A DNA stretch of 63,859 nucleotides, filler included, from Chiloscyllium plagiosum (taxonomy: Eukaryota), in NCBI RefSeq assembly GCF_004010195.1. It is 5 parts of one record of this genome, joined end to end, with 100 filler letters (N's around TTAATTAATTAA, not from the genome) between each part and the next. Parts side by side here need not be neighbours in the genome. Positions count along the whole stretch, not along the records: positions 15,864 to 30,488 come from NC_057717.1; positions 30,589 to 47,806 come from NC_057717.1; 3 more parts are not named here. One strand, 5' to 3'. A program made the translations under genes and the position numbers. The notes beneath the pieces are model-generated. The model was not told where the DNA came from. It was given only the letters and a program-made list of their open reading frames with translations, and searched no databases. Shown here in pieces: positions 21,950 to 34,958 of this stretch (the first letter of the stretch is position 1; each line of letters begins with the position of its first letter).

Positions 21950-24900
21950 ACATTAGCTTCGACAATGTGGAATCTGTGTGGGTGGAGCTGTGAAATACCA
22001 AGGGACAAAAAACATTAGTGGGTGTTATACAGAGACCCCCAGACTGCAGTGGTCATGTTGGAATAGTATTAAACAGGAAATTAGCCAAGCATGTGATATG
22101 GAGACATCGGTGATCATGGGTGATTTTAACCTGCATCTAGATTGGACAAATCAAATTAGCCACAAGGTCTACGAGGGGGAATTCCTGGCGCACATATAGG
22201 ATGGTTTTCTTAACCAACATATGGATGAACCAACTAGAGAGCAGGCCATCTTAGACGGGGTACTGTGTAATGAGAAGGGAATCATTGCCAATCTAGCTGC
22301 GTGAGACTCCTTGAGGATGAGTGACCATGACATGATACAACTTTTTTTATCAGGATGGAGAGTGAGCCAGCTGATTTGGAGACGAGGGTGCTGAATTTTA
22401 ATAAAGGAAACTTTGAAGGCATGAGTTGGCGTTGGTAGATCAGTGGAAGTTGCTTGAAGGTGTGACAGTAAATATGCATTGGCAAATATTCAAGTAAATC
22501 ATGGGGGAGCTGCAACAACTATTTATTCCTGTCTGGTACAAAAGCAAAATGGGTAACAGGGCCAATCCATGGCTTATAAAGGAAATTAGTTTACATGCAA
22601 TTGAAGGAAGTAGCACAGAGATTGGCCAAGAAAAATAATAGGTCTGATGTTTGAGAGCAGTTTCGAATTCAGCAAAGAAGGACCAAGGGATTGATTAAAA
22701 TGGGGAAAACAGTACAAAAGAAAGTAAGCTTGCAGGTAACATGAAGACTGACACTACAAGGTTCTACAGTACGTGAAAAGAAAGAGATTGATGAAGACAA
22801 ATGTCTATCACTACAGATAGAAATGGGGAAATGTATAACAAAGGACAAAGGAACAGCTGAGCAATTGTATACATAAGTTAGTTCTGTCTTCACAAAAAAC
22901 AGTTGTACTCGAGGTTGGTGAGGCTGCAGTTGGAGCATATGTTCTGTTTTAGTCACCTTGCTCAAGGAAGGAAGTTATTAAACTGGAAAGAGTGCAGAAG
23001 AAATTTATACCGATGTTTCTCGCACTCAGTGGTCTAAGTAATAAGGAGAGGCTGAACAAGCTAGAACTTCTTTTCTTGGCAGTCTAAGAGACTGAGAGGG
23101 GATCTTATAGAACTGTACAAAATTATGAGAGGCATACACTCAGTCTTTTTTGCTGGGTTAGGGAATCGAGGATTAGATGGCATTAGATTAAGGTTAGAGG
23201 GGAAAAGTACAAAAGGGAACCTGAGGGGCAATTTGATCACACAGAGGCTGGCACGCATATGCAATGAGCTGCCAGAAGAAGTGGTTGAGGTGGGTACGTT
23301 AACAACATTTAACGGAATTTTAACAAATAAATGGATAGGAAGGGTTAGAAGGGTATCTACTAAATGCAGGGAAATGGGGTTAGTATGGGTGGACATTTTG
23401 GTCAGTATGGACCAGTTTGGGCTGTAGGACTCTCTGACTCGAAGATACAAATCAAGTACCAGAAATCCTGGATAATGCAAGATTTAGTGAGAGGGAAGAA
23501 CCGAGGGAGGTCAATATTAATAGAGAAATGCTGCTGGGAAATTGAGGGAATTGAACCTGATAAATCCTCAGGGCCTGATAAATCTACATCCCAGAGTACT
23601 TAAGGAAATGGTTCTAGAAATAGTGGATGCTTTGGTTGTCAGGATTCATTAGATTGTTGTACAGTCCTTGCAGATTGGAGGGCAGCTATTGCCACTCCAA
23701 TACTCAGAAAGAGAGGTACAGAGAAACCAGGGAATTATAGACCAGTGAGCTTCAGACCAGTAGTGGGGAAAATTATCAAATCCTTTATCAAGTACTTTAT
23801 GGCAGAGCATTGAGAAAGCCGTGGCAAGATCAAAGAGAGTCAGCTTGGATTTATGGAGGGGAAATCATGCTTGTCAAATCTATTGGAATTCTGTGAAGAT
23901 GTAACTATCAGAGTCAACAAAGGGGCACTGGTCGATATGGTATATTTGGGCTTTAAGAAAGTGTTTGACAATGTCCCACTTAAGACATCACTGTACTGCA
24001 TTAAAGCGTATGGGATTGGGGTAGGTGTACTGAGATAGATAGAAAACAGATCGGTAGAGAGGAAACCGAGTAGGGCTTAAGGGGTCCGCTTCAAATTGGC
24101 AGCCAGTAACCAGTGGGGTGCCACAGGGACCCCAGCTATTAACAATTATTTTAATGATTTGGATGAAGAAATAAAATGTAATATCTCAAGGTTTGCAGAT
24201 GATAGGAGGGTAGGAGGGTGAACTGTGACGAGGATGCAGAGACCCTATGGCATGGTCTGGACAGATTGGATGAGCGGGCAAATCAATGGCAGATGCAGTT
24301 ATTCTGGATAAATGTCAGGTTATTCACTTTGGAGACAAAAGTAAGGTGGTGGATTACTACCTGACTGGATGTAAATTGGGACAGGAGAGTGTGCTGCAGG
24401 GCCGACATGCCCTTGTGCACCAGTCGCTGAAGGTAAGCATGCGAGTGCATTAGGCAGTAAAGAAGGCAAGTGCTATATTGGCCTTCATTGTCAGATGCTT
24501 CAAGTACAGGAGCAGGGATGTGTTGTTACAGTTATACAGAGCCTTGGTGAGGCCACACCTCAAACACTGTGTGCAGTTTTGGTTTCATTTTCTGAGGAAG
24601 GGTGTTCTTGCTTGGAAATAACATACGAGGATAGATTGTCCACCTTAGGATTGTATTTGCTGGAATTTAAACGAATGGGAGGGGATCTCATTCTAACAGG
24701 ACGAGACAGGGTAGATACAGGGAGGATGCTACTGATGGTGGGTGTGACTAGAATCAGGGGACACAGACTGAAGACTTGGGGTGACACAGACTGAAGACTT
24801 GGGGTGGATCATTTACGACAGAGATGAGGGAGACATTTCTTCACCCAAAGAATGATGAGCCTGTGAAATTCATTATCACAGGAATTAGTTGATGCCAAGA

Positions 24901-25065
24901 CATTGAATGTATTGAAGATGCGGCTCAATATAGCATTTAAGACAAATGGGTTCAAAGGGGAGTAAACAGGATGAGATTGTTGAGTTGGACGATGAGTCAT
25001 GATCATGATAATGGCAGAGCAGGCTCAAAGGGCTGAATGGACTCCTCCTGCTCCTATCTTCTATT
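21950..25065 (+). mobile_element. CR1 ORF2 with a nested CR1 3' fragment (~22905-23440)
   Basis: VIMGDFN, GKSCLSNLLEF, SGVPQG, FADD-like motif and 3' UTR. Confidence 0.85.
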
Positions 25066-25269
25066 TTTAAGAGGATATTGCCCTGAGAAAACCATGGACA
25101 GTATTAGTGCTTCCCCATTTAACTCAAAATATCACTCATCCTCCCACCGGAAAAATAATATGGAGACATAACTTCTCAAATTTCAATGACACATCGCCTC
25201 CCAAGTGTCAAGATATGATGATTGAAGTGCAGCTTTGCTCATTCTTAACACAATATGTCATTTTGTTCT

Positions 25270-25520
25270 GTGATTGTGTGTGCGTGTCTGCAATTCTGTG
25301 TGGTGGTGTGTGCCTGTGTGCGCATGTGTCCGTGTGCGTGTATATGTGTATGTATGTGTCTGTCTCTGTGTGGTTGTATGTGTGTGTGTGCCTGTGTGTG
25401 TCTCTGTGTGGGGGTGTGTGCATATCTGTGTCTGCTTGTGTCTCTGTATGGGTATATGTCTGTGTGTGTGGTATCTGTTTGTATGTGTGCATGTCCATTT
25501 CTGTGTCTGTAGCCATGTGA
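25270..25520. repeat. Degenerate (GT)n microsatellite
   Basis: Alternating GT/AT/CT dinucleotides. Confidence 0.9.
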
Positions 25521-27111
25521 AGCACATCATATTTCCTTGAACCTACTTTCTTTGCCAGAGGCCACCAGCATGCTCCAGTTGCTGGAAGGTGCTCTGATGT
25601 ATTGCAGATTGCGTGCCTCCATGCAATGTAACTTTGCTGCTTGATGAAAAGACTGATTCATAAGAGACAGCTTCTTTCACCAATTTCACACTAACAATTA
25701 CAGAGTGTCATTATGAGTTGTTGTCTTTAGTTTTAGCGTCTAAGGTCACCCTTACAGCTCATGTCAAACCAATGGAAATCTTTCCATTCATTTCACTCAG
25801 CCAATAGGGACTCTCACCATGTCTAGTCGATGTTTGGGGCTGTCATACCATTCTTCAGCATTCCTGAAGCGTACCCTTTGGTCCGTCACTAGCTGCCTGG
25901 CTGTAGGAATCTCACCATGCGGGAAGTAAATTCACAAGTCGCATGTTTCTATTCTGTCAACATGCCCAAGACACACTTGTTGGATGATTTAGGAACTCTC
26001 CATTTGAGAGGACACAAAATTCAAGAATTTGTCATGTCACCTCCAAATCCCAACTGGGATACCCTCACCCACATCTCAATTAAACCCAACAACCCCTGCA
26101 AATCTCCATACAACAGCCTTTTAACTCCTCCCTCTGCATGTTCCAGGACCACAAAACTCCTTGCAAGGGCATCCGTACCTCTCAGATTATTCCAGACCAG
26201 ACAACCAAGAGAAAAGGAGCAAGAAAGGACTGCAGCTCAAAGTCAATAAGCGTGGCGCTGACAAAGCACAGCGGGTCAGGCAGTATACCCAAGGAGAAGA
26301 GTCAACGTTTGGGGCATAAGATTTTCATGGAGTGTCCTGCCAGTAACATTGACTTTTCAGTCATAAGTGAAGACAATTGTTGGGACAAGGTCTGCTGTTA
26401 GAATTGGGCAGTGAAAAGTTAGTTGTCACTCTAATAGAACGCCATAATACAACATTCTTGTGGATGGATTCTCTCATGCTCTAAATAAAATACAATGAAT
26501 ATCATTGTTATGTGAATCATGAAACAAATTGGAGAACATTAACAGACTGACAACAAAGTCACAAAACCACCAGTTGACACAGGAGAAGAAAACAAAGAGT
26601 ACAGATAAGCAAGTTCAAGCAGAATGATCAGAGACCAGATTTGATTGAATGGCTGAGACAAAACAACAACAGATGACGAACATATGGATATTTTCAGTTC
26701 AGAGAAATTACCTGAGCTACAACGGAAAGATGAAACACTGAAGCAATATATTGAAAAGCATACACAGAAGTAGAATCTGAAAGCATTCCCAAATGTTACT
26801 AACCTAAAAATGATGACTTGATGAGGACATGGAGACGATCACATATTCAGACAGATGGGAAAGTGGCAGAAATTCATTACCAGGAACTTATAGAAAGGAG
26901 GTGTGGCATGTAGCACCTGAGATACCTGTAGGTCATTGTGGGAGTGATAAAACTCACCAAAATACAAGAACATTTTTAATGTCCTAGACTGCATTAAGAT
27001 GGAGTTTAAAATTAATAGAAATGTCATACATGTCATGCACCTGGAAAACCTCAGGCAGAAATAAAACCAGCACCTTAATACCCATCCCTGCATTTGAGGA
27101 ACCTTTTACAA

Positions 27112-28084
27112 TTCTTTGAAGAGATGACAAGTAGGTTAGACCAGGGAAACCCAGTGGATGTCGTCTACCTAGACTTCCAAAAGGCCTTTGATACGGTGCA
27201 ACAAGGGAGGCTGCTGAGCAAGGTGAGGGCCCATGGTGTTCGAGGTGAGCTACTGGTATGGATTGAGGATTGGCTGTCTGACAGAAGGCAGAGAGATGGG
27301 ATAAAAGATTCTTTTTCGGAATGGCAGCCAGTGACAAGCGGTGTCCCGCAGGGTTCAGTATTGGGGCCGCAGCTGTTCACGTTATATATTAATGATCTGG
27401 ATGAAGGGACCGAAGGCATTCTAGCGAAGTTTGCCGATGATACAAAGTTAGGTGGACAGGCAGGTAGTACTGAGGAAGTGAGGAGGCTAAGGAAAAGCTT
27501 TACTGCCAAATTTTTAAAAAACGTTTATTCTTTTGAGAATCACCTAATGCTTTGATGAAAGAGAAAGAATGAATTTTAGATTTATCCATTGGTTGCTGAA
27601 ATCAGCAATGCAGGTGCAGTTGTGCACAAGTTCCACAGTAGTTACAATTAATTGTTGGAGAGTGTTTCAGATTTCTAATTAGTGCTTTAAGTGGTTGAAG
27701 CCTCCCACTGAGAGCATGAAGTCAGAAAATTACTTTGAATAAAACAAATCAAGCTTAAAGACAAAAGGAGGGTGACCAAAGCCAGAGTTTTCTAAATCAT
27801 AAATTAGAGGCGGTAAATTCAGAACAGAAATGCGGAGACATTTCTTCAGCCAGAGAGTGGTGGGCCTATGGAATTCATTGCCGCAGAGTGCAGTGGAGGC
27901 CGGGACGCTAAATGTCTTCAAGGCAGAGATTGACAAATCCTTGATGTCACAAGGAATTAAGGGCTACGGGGAGAATGCGGGTAAGTGGAGTTGAAATGCC
28001 CATCAGCCATGATTGAATGCCGGGGTGGACTCGATGGGCCGAATGGCCTTATTTCCGCACCTATGTCTTATGGTCTTATGGTCT
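27112..28084 (+). mobile_element. Relatively young 5'-truncated CR1 insertion
   Basis: Uninterrupted RT stretch with [18 protein letters not shown] and FADD; (TCTTATGG)n tail; TTACAA on both sides. Confidence 0.9.
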
Positions 28085-28457
28085 TACAAGGGTCTTAACT
28101 GATTCAGTGTGTCCCCTACATAAAACAAAAAGTGGGAATCAGTATTTGTTAACAATAATAGATGAGCACATTAGATTTGCAGAGGCTATTCAATTTGTGC
28201 AATACCACTGCTAGAAGATTGTAGAAGAGTTACTCCAGTGTTTAACTCAATAAAGACTACCCACAGAGATACAACCAGATCAACGATCAAATTTTACATC
28301 ATATTTATGGCGGGGAGTGTTAGAAAGGTGGCATCAAACTTCAAAGACCATTAGCAAATTTAGAGAAGTCCATATTGAGGGCTTATATTCAAGATAATCC
28401 AACCAACTGAATAAAGGAATTCAATTTGCACATCTTGCCAATAGGGATGTCCCAGCC

Positions 28458-28751
28458 TCCACTGCACTCTGCCCCGGGTACAACAGAGAGTTACAAGGGG
28501 ACATAAATTTAAGGTGAAGGGTCGAAGGTATAGGGGAGACTTCAGGGGTGGGTTCTTTACCCAGAAAGTGGTGGGGACATAGAATGCACTGCCTGTGGGA
28601 GTGGTAGAGTCAGAGTCTTTGGTGACCTTTAAGCGGCAATTGGATAGGTACATGGATGGGTGCTTAAGCTAGGACAAATGTTCGGCACAACATCGTAGGC
28701 CGAAGGGCCTATTCTGTGCTGTATTGTTCTATGCTCTATGTTCTATGTTCT
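28458..28751 (+). mobile_element. CR1 3' end with (TTCTATG)n tail
   Basis: Tail repeats; closely similar inverted copy at 63681-63859. Confidence 0.85.
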
Positions 28752-29158
28752 AAATGAATCTGCCTCATTCAGTCCATTTGAATGAGTGTTGGGGCATGAG
28801 CTGAGAGGACCACTGAAATAAAATAAGCAGAAATTAGTGAGTTAGAGTTCAGCTACCACATATTTGAACTGTATATCAAATTTTAGGGAATGATTAAGTT
28901 GAGCGGGAGTTGGCTAGATGGCATTTCAAAGTAGCACAGCACGTGATGAAGCAGGAAGCAGACAAGAGATTGAAAATTTGGAATTTTTTGAACATGGATA
29001 AAATGTTAGTGTTACTTCCAGTTGAACCTATAAAATCAAGATTTAGTGGAACTTATCAAAGTGAAATAAAATTGAGTGAGGCGAATTACTTGATAGGACT
29101 GCAGATAGAAAGCAATCTCAGTGTGTCATGTTAATATGCTCAAATTATAATTTGATAC

Positions 29159-29503
29159 TGTGACAAAGCTGTTACTTTAACAAGGTTAGGTTGTCATTCG
29201 TTCTTTTTTCTTCTGGAGGTCATAAAAACACAGGTTCGGAAAAGTCTGAGTTTGGAAGGGTTTCAGGGCCAATTTGACAATAGCTAACAGATACTGCCTC
29301 AGGCAGAATGCTTTCAAGGTTAGAAAACAAACACTTGTATATTGAAAGTGGAGTGGCCAGTTCTCCCAGCTCAACTTTTCTCTGGTTTAGTTTTTTTTAA
29401 GCAGTCGTGTGAAGAAAGACAAAGAGTCTCAAAACAACTAGCAAAGTTAGGGTCTGGGCTAACTTTTTGAAATGCTTTAAGGGGTTTGGTCTGTTGCATA
29501 ACA
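29159..29503. mobile_element. Solo-LTR-like insertion
   Basis: TGTGACA...CATAACA termini interrupting the Gypsy reading frame (FD|REGK); TSD imperfect. Confidence 0.55.
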
Positions 29504-30124
29504 ATCGAGAAGGAAAGTAAAAAGATAATGTGTTACTGGATACAACACGCGTGACAAAGTGAGTTCACAGGTTTCTGAATTGGACTTTCCTCAAATTAAA
29601 ATGGACAATGAGGACGTTCTCAAAATTTGGTATAAATTATTGAGGTACCTTCCACCAGAAATCAAAGTGACCTGAAAGAGTTATTACTATTGCATAGTGA
29701 GATATGTGGGAATAAGCTGGGAAACACTAATTTCATTATGCATGATATAGATATAGGAAATGCTGTTCCAATTAAGCAATATCCCTATAGATTTACACCA
29801 AAGAAAGTTGGTATAGGTTCAAAGACAACTTGAACGCATGTTCCAAAACAGCAGCATGAAAGGGAGTTGCAGCAATTGGAGCTCAGTCATAGTAATGGTG
29901 CCACAACCAGATGATTGCGTGCAGCCTATTGCAACGTTAATGCACTTGCAGCGTCTGATTCATATCCAATTCGACATTGAGAAAACTGTATTGAAAAGGT
30001 AGAACAAGGAACTTATATTTGTAATTTTGACTTGCTCACAGGATACTGGCAGGTACCTTTATCCGAAGGAGTGAAGACATTTTTGACTTTTGTAACAATG
30101 AATGGACATTACCCACTTAAAGTC

Positions 30125-31068
30125 ATAGAGTCATAGAGATGTACAGCATGGAAACTGACCCTTCGGTCCAATCCGTCCATGCCGACCAGATATCCCAACC
30201 CAAACTTGTCCCAGCTGCCAGCGCCCGGCCCATATCCCTCTAAACCCTTCCTATTCATATACCAATCCAGATGCCTTTTAAATGTTGCAATTGCACTAGC
30301 CTCCACCACTTCCTCTGGCAGCTCATTCCATACATGTACCACCCTCTGTGTGAAAACGTTGCCCCTTAGGTCTCTTTAATATCTTTCCTCTCTCACCCTA
30401 TACCTATGCCCTCTAGTTCTGGACTCCCTAACCCCAGGGAAAATACTTTGTCTATTTATCCTATCAATGCCCCTCATAATTTTGTAAANNNNNNNNNNNN
30501 NNNNNNNNNNNNNNNNNNNNNNNNNNNNNNNNTTAATTAATTAANNNNNNNNNNNNNNNNNNNNNNNNNNNNNNNNNNNNNNNNNNNNCACTGGAACGGG
30601 TGCAGCGGAGGTTTACCAGGATGTTGCCTGGTATGGTAGAAAGATCGTATTAGGAAAGGCTGAGGCACTTGGGGTTGTTTTCATTGGAGAAAAGAAGGTT
30701 TAGGGGTGACTTGGTAGGGGTGTACAAGATGATTAGGGGTTTAGATAGGGTCGACAGTGAGAATCTTTTTCCACGTATGGAGTCAGCTATTACAAGGGGG
30801 CATAGCTTTAAATTGGGGGGGGGGGGGGGTTAGGTATAGGACAGATGTTCGGGGTAGGTTCTTTACTCAGCGAGTCGTGAGTTCATGGAATGCACTGCCA
30901 GTAGCAGTGGTCGACTCTCCCTCATTATGGTCATTTAAGCGGGCATTGGATAGTCATATGGAGGATAGTGGGCTAGTGTAGGTTAGGTGTGCTTGGATCG
31001 GCGCAACATCGAGGGCCGAAGGGCCTGTACTGTGCTGTATTCTTCTATGTTCTACGTTCTATGTTCTA
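30125..31068. mobile_element. Two CR1 3' ends either side of a gap (30125-30488 minus, 30589-31068 plus)
   Basis: VWNELPEEVVEA and FFTQRVVSSWNALP; microsatellite tails. Confidence 0.85.
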
Positions 31069-31669
31069 TTGAGGAGCAAATATGTAGGAAAGTCACTGAT
31101 AGGTGTAAGAATAATAAGGGAATCTTAACTTTCCAAACACAGATTGGTAATGGCTGTGAGGAATTTGTTAAGTGCATTCAATAAATCTTTCTCAATCAAT
31201 ATGTAGATGGCCCTCTGAGAGAAGGGGCAAAACCCAATCTTTTCTTGGGAAATAAGGCAGGCCAAGTCACTGTAGGTATTAGTGGGGAAACACTTACCAC
31301 AATTCTATCAGTTTTAAAATAGCTATGGGAAAGTATAGGCCTCATTCAAAGGTTAAAGATTTTCAAGCTGACAGTGGGATTAATTCAATCTCTGGATATT
31401 ACAGCATGTTTGTTTCCCAGCCTTTAATATTGTGCATAGGAGTGAGATCACTCAGCACTCAGATCTGTTATTCTTTGTTTGTCTGATGGATTAGGACCGT
31501 ATATTTAATGTTTATCTCCATGTTTTTGTTTGTAATTATATCTTTAATATTGTAACGTACCAATAGTTTTCTATGTGGTATATCAATTATAAATAACCTG
31601 AACTCTATGGGAATATCTGTTTTAATTAAATAACTTGTGTGCCTTCTGGACATGGAGTAAACGTAATTA

Positions 31670-31768
31670 ATGTAAACAGAAAGTGCTGTAAATACTCAGC
31701 AGATCAGGCAGCATCTGTGGAGAGGGAAACATAATGAATGTTTCTGGTCAATGACCTTTCATCAGAAA
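31670..31768 (-). mobile_element. Penelope-derived mini-element with hammerhead core
   Basis: Minus strand CUGAUGA-AAGGUCAUUGACCA-GAAAC followed by CAGAUGCUGCCUGAUCUGCUGAG. Confidence 0.65.
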
Positions 31769-32761
31769 ATTATTGAGTAATTCCAATAGTCGCTGTTCTT
31801 ATTTAATGTTCACAGCAGCTGGTGTATATAGTTTTTCAAATTATAAATCTGCATAAACATACTCTTCAATTGGTTGTTGTAGGTTACTATTGAGAGATTA
31901 ACATAGTTCTTATTGATCTTATAGTTGCTGTGATTTGGAGGCTGGGATTTGTTTCCAGACCAGTTTGGAGAGAAATATAAATCATTTCTTTCTCTCTCAC
32001 TCTGTTTGAGTGTTAGAATAAAAATATATCATCAGAACATGGGATCGGCATGAGACTGAACATTGTCTCTGTCTGAGCCTGTGGGAGTAATGACCCTTCT
32101 GTGTCTCTGTATCTCTGTCAGTGATAATGTGAGTGTGTGAGAGGGAACTATCTGCATTGTTACTTGTGTCTCAGCTGGAAGGTGGGATGAAGAGCGGAAA
32201 GGAAAGGCTGTGATGGGCTGGAGGGCAGGAGAGGCTGAAATGACAGAGTAACAATATTGACCAAAATGGTGCAAGGACAGGGTGAAGGGTGGATTGGGAA
32301 AAGAGAAAAATCAGAAAATAGGGATGTAAATTACAGGATCCTTACCAACTGTCATCTGAAAGGAATCAAAACAAAAGAAAACTGACAGCGATAACAAAGG
32401 GAGATACTCTGTCATGTCCCCTTCACTGTTTACAGGATGCATGATTGCTGTCAGATTCTGAATAAATTCTGTCCGTTTCTCATTGTTAACTCAAATATGG
32501 TTATTTACTTTCAGTTTTCAGGAAACGGGCCTGGAGTCAAGTGACCAATTAATTGGTTTTACAGAAAGTCTGTTCCAACCCAGTTTCAGTGGGAGGACAC
32601 AGGGAAATGTCCTCTGGCTGCAATGGGCCCGTCTTCTCAGGGCCCACCCCGAGAATTCTGTATTAACCAATAACCCACTCTGTCTGTCACTGATGAGCAA
32701 TCTTTGTTGACATGACAAATCTCCGACATGAGCATTGGACGATTCAGATATAGCTGGTTGT

Positions 32762-34958
32762 GAACAAAGAACAAAGAAAATTTACAGCCCAGAAACAGGC
32801 CCTTCAGCCCTCTAAGCCTGAGCCGATCCAAATCAACTGTCTAAACCTGTCGCCCAATTCCTAAGTATCACTCTGCTTCCCATCTACTCATGCATCTGTC
32901 AAGACGCATCTTAAACTGATCTCCTTTACCTGCCTCTACTGCCTCTGCTGGCAACGTGTTCCAGGCACCTACCACTGTCTGTGGAAAGTACTTGCTGTGT
33001 GCACCCCCTTAAACTTTTCACCTCTCATCTTGAAAGCATGACCTCTCGTTATTGAATCCTTCACCCTGGGAAAAAGCTTATCTCTATCCACCCTGTCTAT
33101 ACTCTTCATGATTTTGTAAATCTCAATCAGATTCCCCCTCAATCTCCTTTTTTAAAATGAAAACAAACCTAACCTATTCAACCTCTCTTCACAGCTAGCA
33201 CCTTCCGTACCAGACAACATCCTCATAAAACTTCCCTAACCCTCTCCAAAGTGTCCACATCCTTTTGGTCATGTGGTGACCAGAACTATATGCAGTATTC
33301 CAAATATGGCCAAACGTAAGTCCTGTGCAACTGTAACATGATCTGCCAGCTCTTATAGTCAATACCCCGTCTGATAAAGGCCTCCTTGACCACTCTATCC
33401 ACCTGTGCAGCAAGCTTCAGGGTATAATGGACCTGCACTCCCAGATCTCTCTGCTCATCAACTTTCCCCGAGGCTTTTCAATTCATTGTATAATTCGCTC
33501 TAGAATCAGACTTCCCAAAATGCATCACCTCACATTTACCTGGATTGAACTCTATCTGCCACTTCTCCACCCAACTCTCCAGACTATCTATATTCTCATG
33601 TATTCTTTGACAATCCCCTATGCTTTCTGCTACTCCACCAATNNNNNNNNNNNNNNNNNNNNNNNNNNNNNNNNNNNNNNNNNNNNNNNNNNNNNNNNNN
33701 NNNNNNNNNNNNNNNNNNNNNNNNNNNNNNNNNNNNNNNNNNNNNNNNNNNNNNNNNNNNNNNNNNNNNNNNNNNNNNNNNNNNNNNNNNNNNNNNNNNN
33801 NNNNNNNNNNNNNNNNNNNNNNNNNNNNNNNNNNNNNNNNNNNNNNNNNNNNNNNNNNNNNNNNNNNNNNNNNNNNNNNNNNNNNNNNNNNNNNNNNNNN
33901 NNNNNNNNNNNNNNNNNNNNNNNNNNNNNNNNNNNNNNNNNNNNNNNNNNNNNNNNNNNNNNNNNNNNNNNNNNNNNNNNNNNNNNNNNNNNNNNNNNNN
34001 NNNNNNNNNNNNNNNNNNNNNNNNNNNNNNNNNNNNNNNNNNNNNNNNNNNNNNNNNNNNNNNNNNNNNNNNNNNNNNNNNNNNNNNNNNNNNNNNNNNN
34101 NNNNNNNNNNNNNNNNNNNNNNNNNNNNNNNNNNNNNNNNNNNNNNNNNNNNNNNNNNNNNNNNNNNNNNNNNNNNNNNNNNNNNNNNNNNNNNNNNNNN
34201 NNNNNNNNNNNNNNNNGCTTGATTCCTTGTTTAAGACTGGTCCTACTCTCCTGATATTCCTCCAGGGCCTGTTCTATGCTTAACTGCCTGGACCTTATGT
34301 GCGCTTCGCTTTTCCTCTTGGCTAGTCGTACAATTTCTCCTGTCATCCACGGTTTACGAATCTTGCCCTTCCTATCCTTTGCCTTCAACGGGACATGCCT
34401 ACCCTGCACTATCTTTAACCTCTCTTTGAAAGCCTCCCACATATCAAATGTGGACTTCCCTTCAAATAGCTGTGTCCAATCCACATTCCCAGCTCCTGCC
34501 TAATTTTGCTAGAATTGGCCTTGGCCCAGTTTAGTACTCATCCCTTCGGACCACTCTCATCTTTGTCTACAAGTATTCTAAAACTTACAGAATTGTGGTC
34601 ACTGTTCCCAAAGAAATCCCCCACTGCAACTTCCACCACCTGGCCTGGCTCCAGGTGCAATACGGCCCCATCCCTCATCGGACTATTGCGATACTGCTCT
34701 AGAATATTCTCCTGGATGCTTTTTACAAGTTATGCCCCATCCAGACCTCTGACCATATGTGTATCCCAGTCAATGATGGGAAAATTAAAATCTCCCATCA
34801 TCTCTACCCTTTGACAAAGGGTCAGTTAGACTCGAAACGTCAGCTCTTTTCTCTCCTTACAGATGCTGCCAGACCTGCTTATATTTTCCAGCATTTTCTC
34901 TTTTGGTTTCAGATTCCAGCATCTGCAGTGATTTGCTTTTATCATCTCTACCCTGTTG
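32762..34958 (-). mobile_element. CR1 (3' end to endonuclease) spanning a gap
   Basis: 3' UTR at 32762; WTQLFEGKSTFDMWEAFKE..PWMT linker; MGDFNFP in the APE domain. Confidence 0.85.
34811..34940 (+). mobile_element. Penelope-derived mini-element with 14-bp TSD and degenerate hammerhead
   Basis: ATCATCTCTACCCT at 34797-34810 and 34941-34954; UGACAA-AGGGUC..GACUC-GAAACGUC. Confidence 0.8.

Larger units (their letters stand above)
26395..30124 (+). mobile_element. Second Gmr1-type Gypsy pol relic (IN then RT) with nested insertions
   Basis: [57 protein letters not shown], followed by RT PIKQYPYR and DLLTGYWQVPL. Confidence 0.85.

Noticed and set aside
25107..25540. Overlapping Cys/Val- and His/Thr-rich ORFs
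   Set aside because: Translation of a (GT)n microsatellite.
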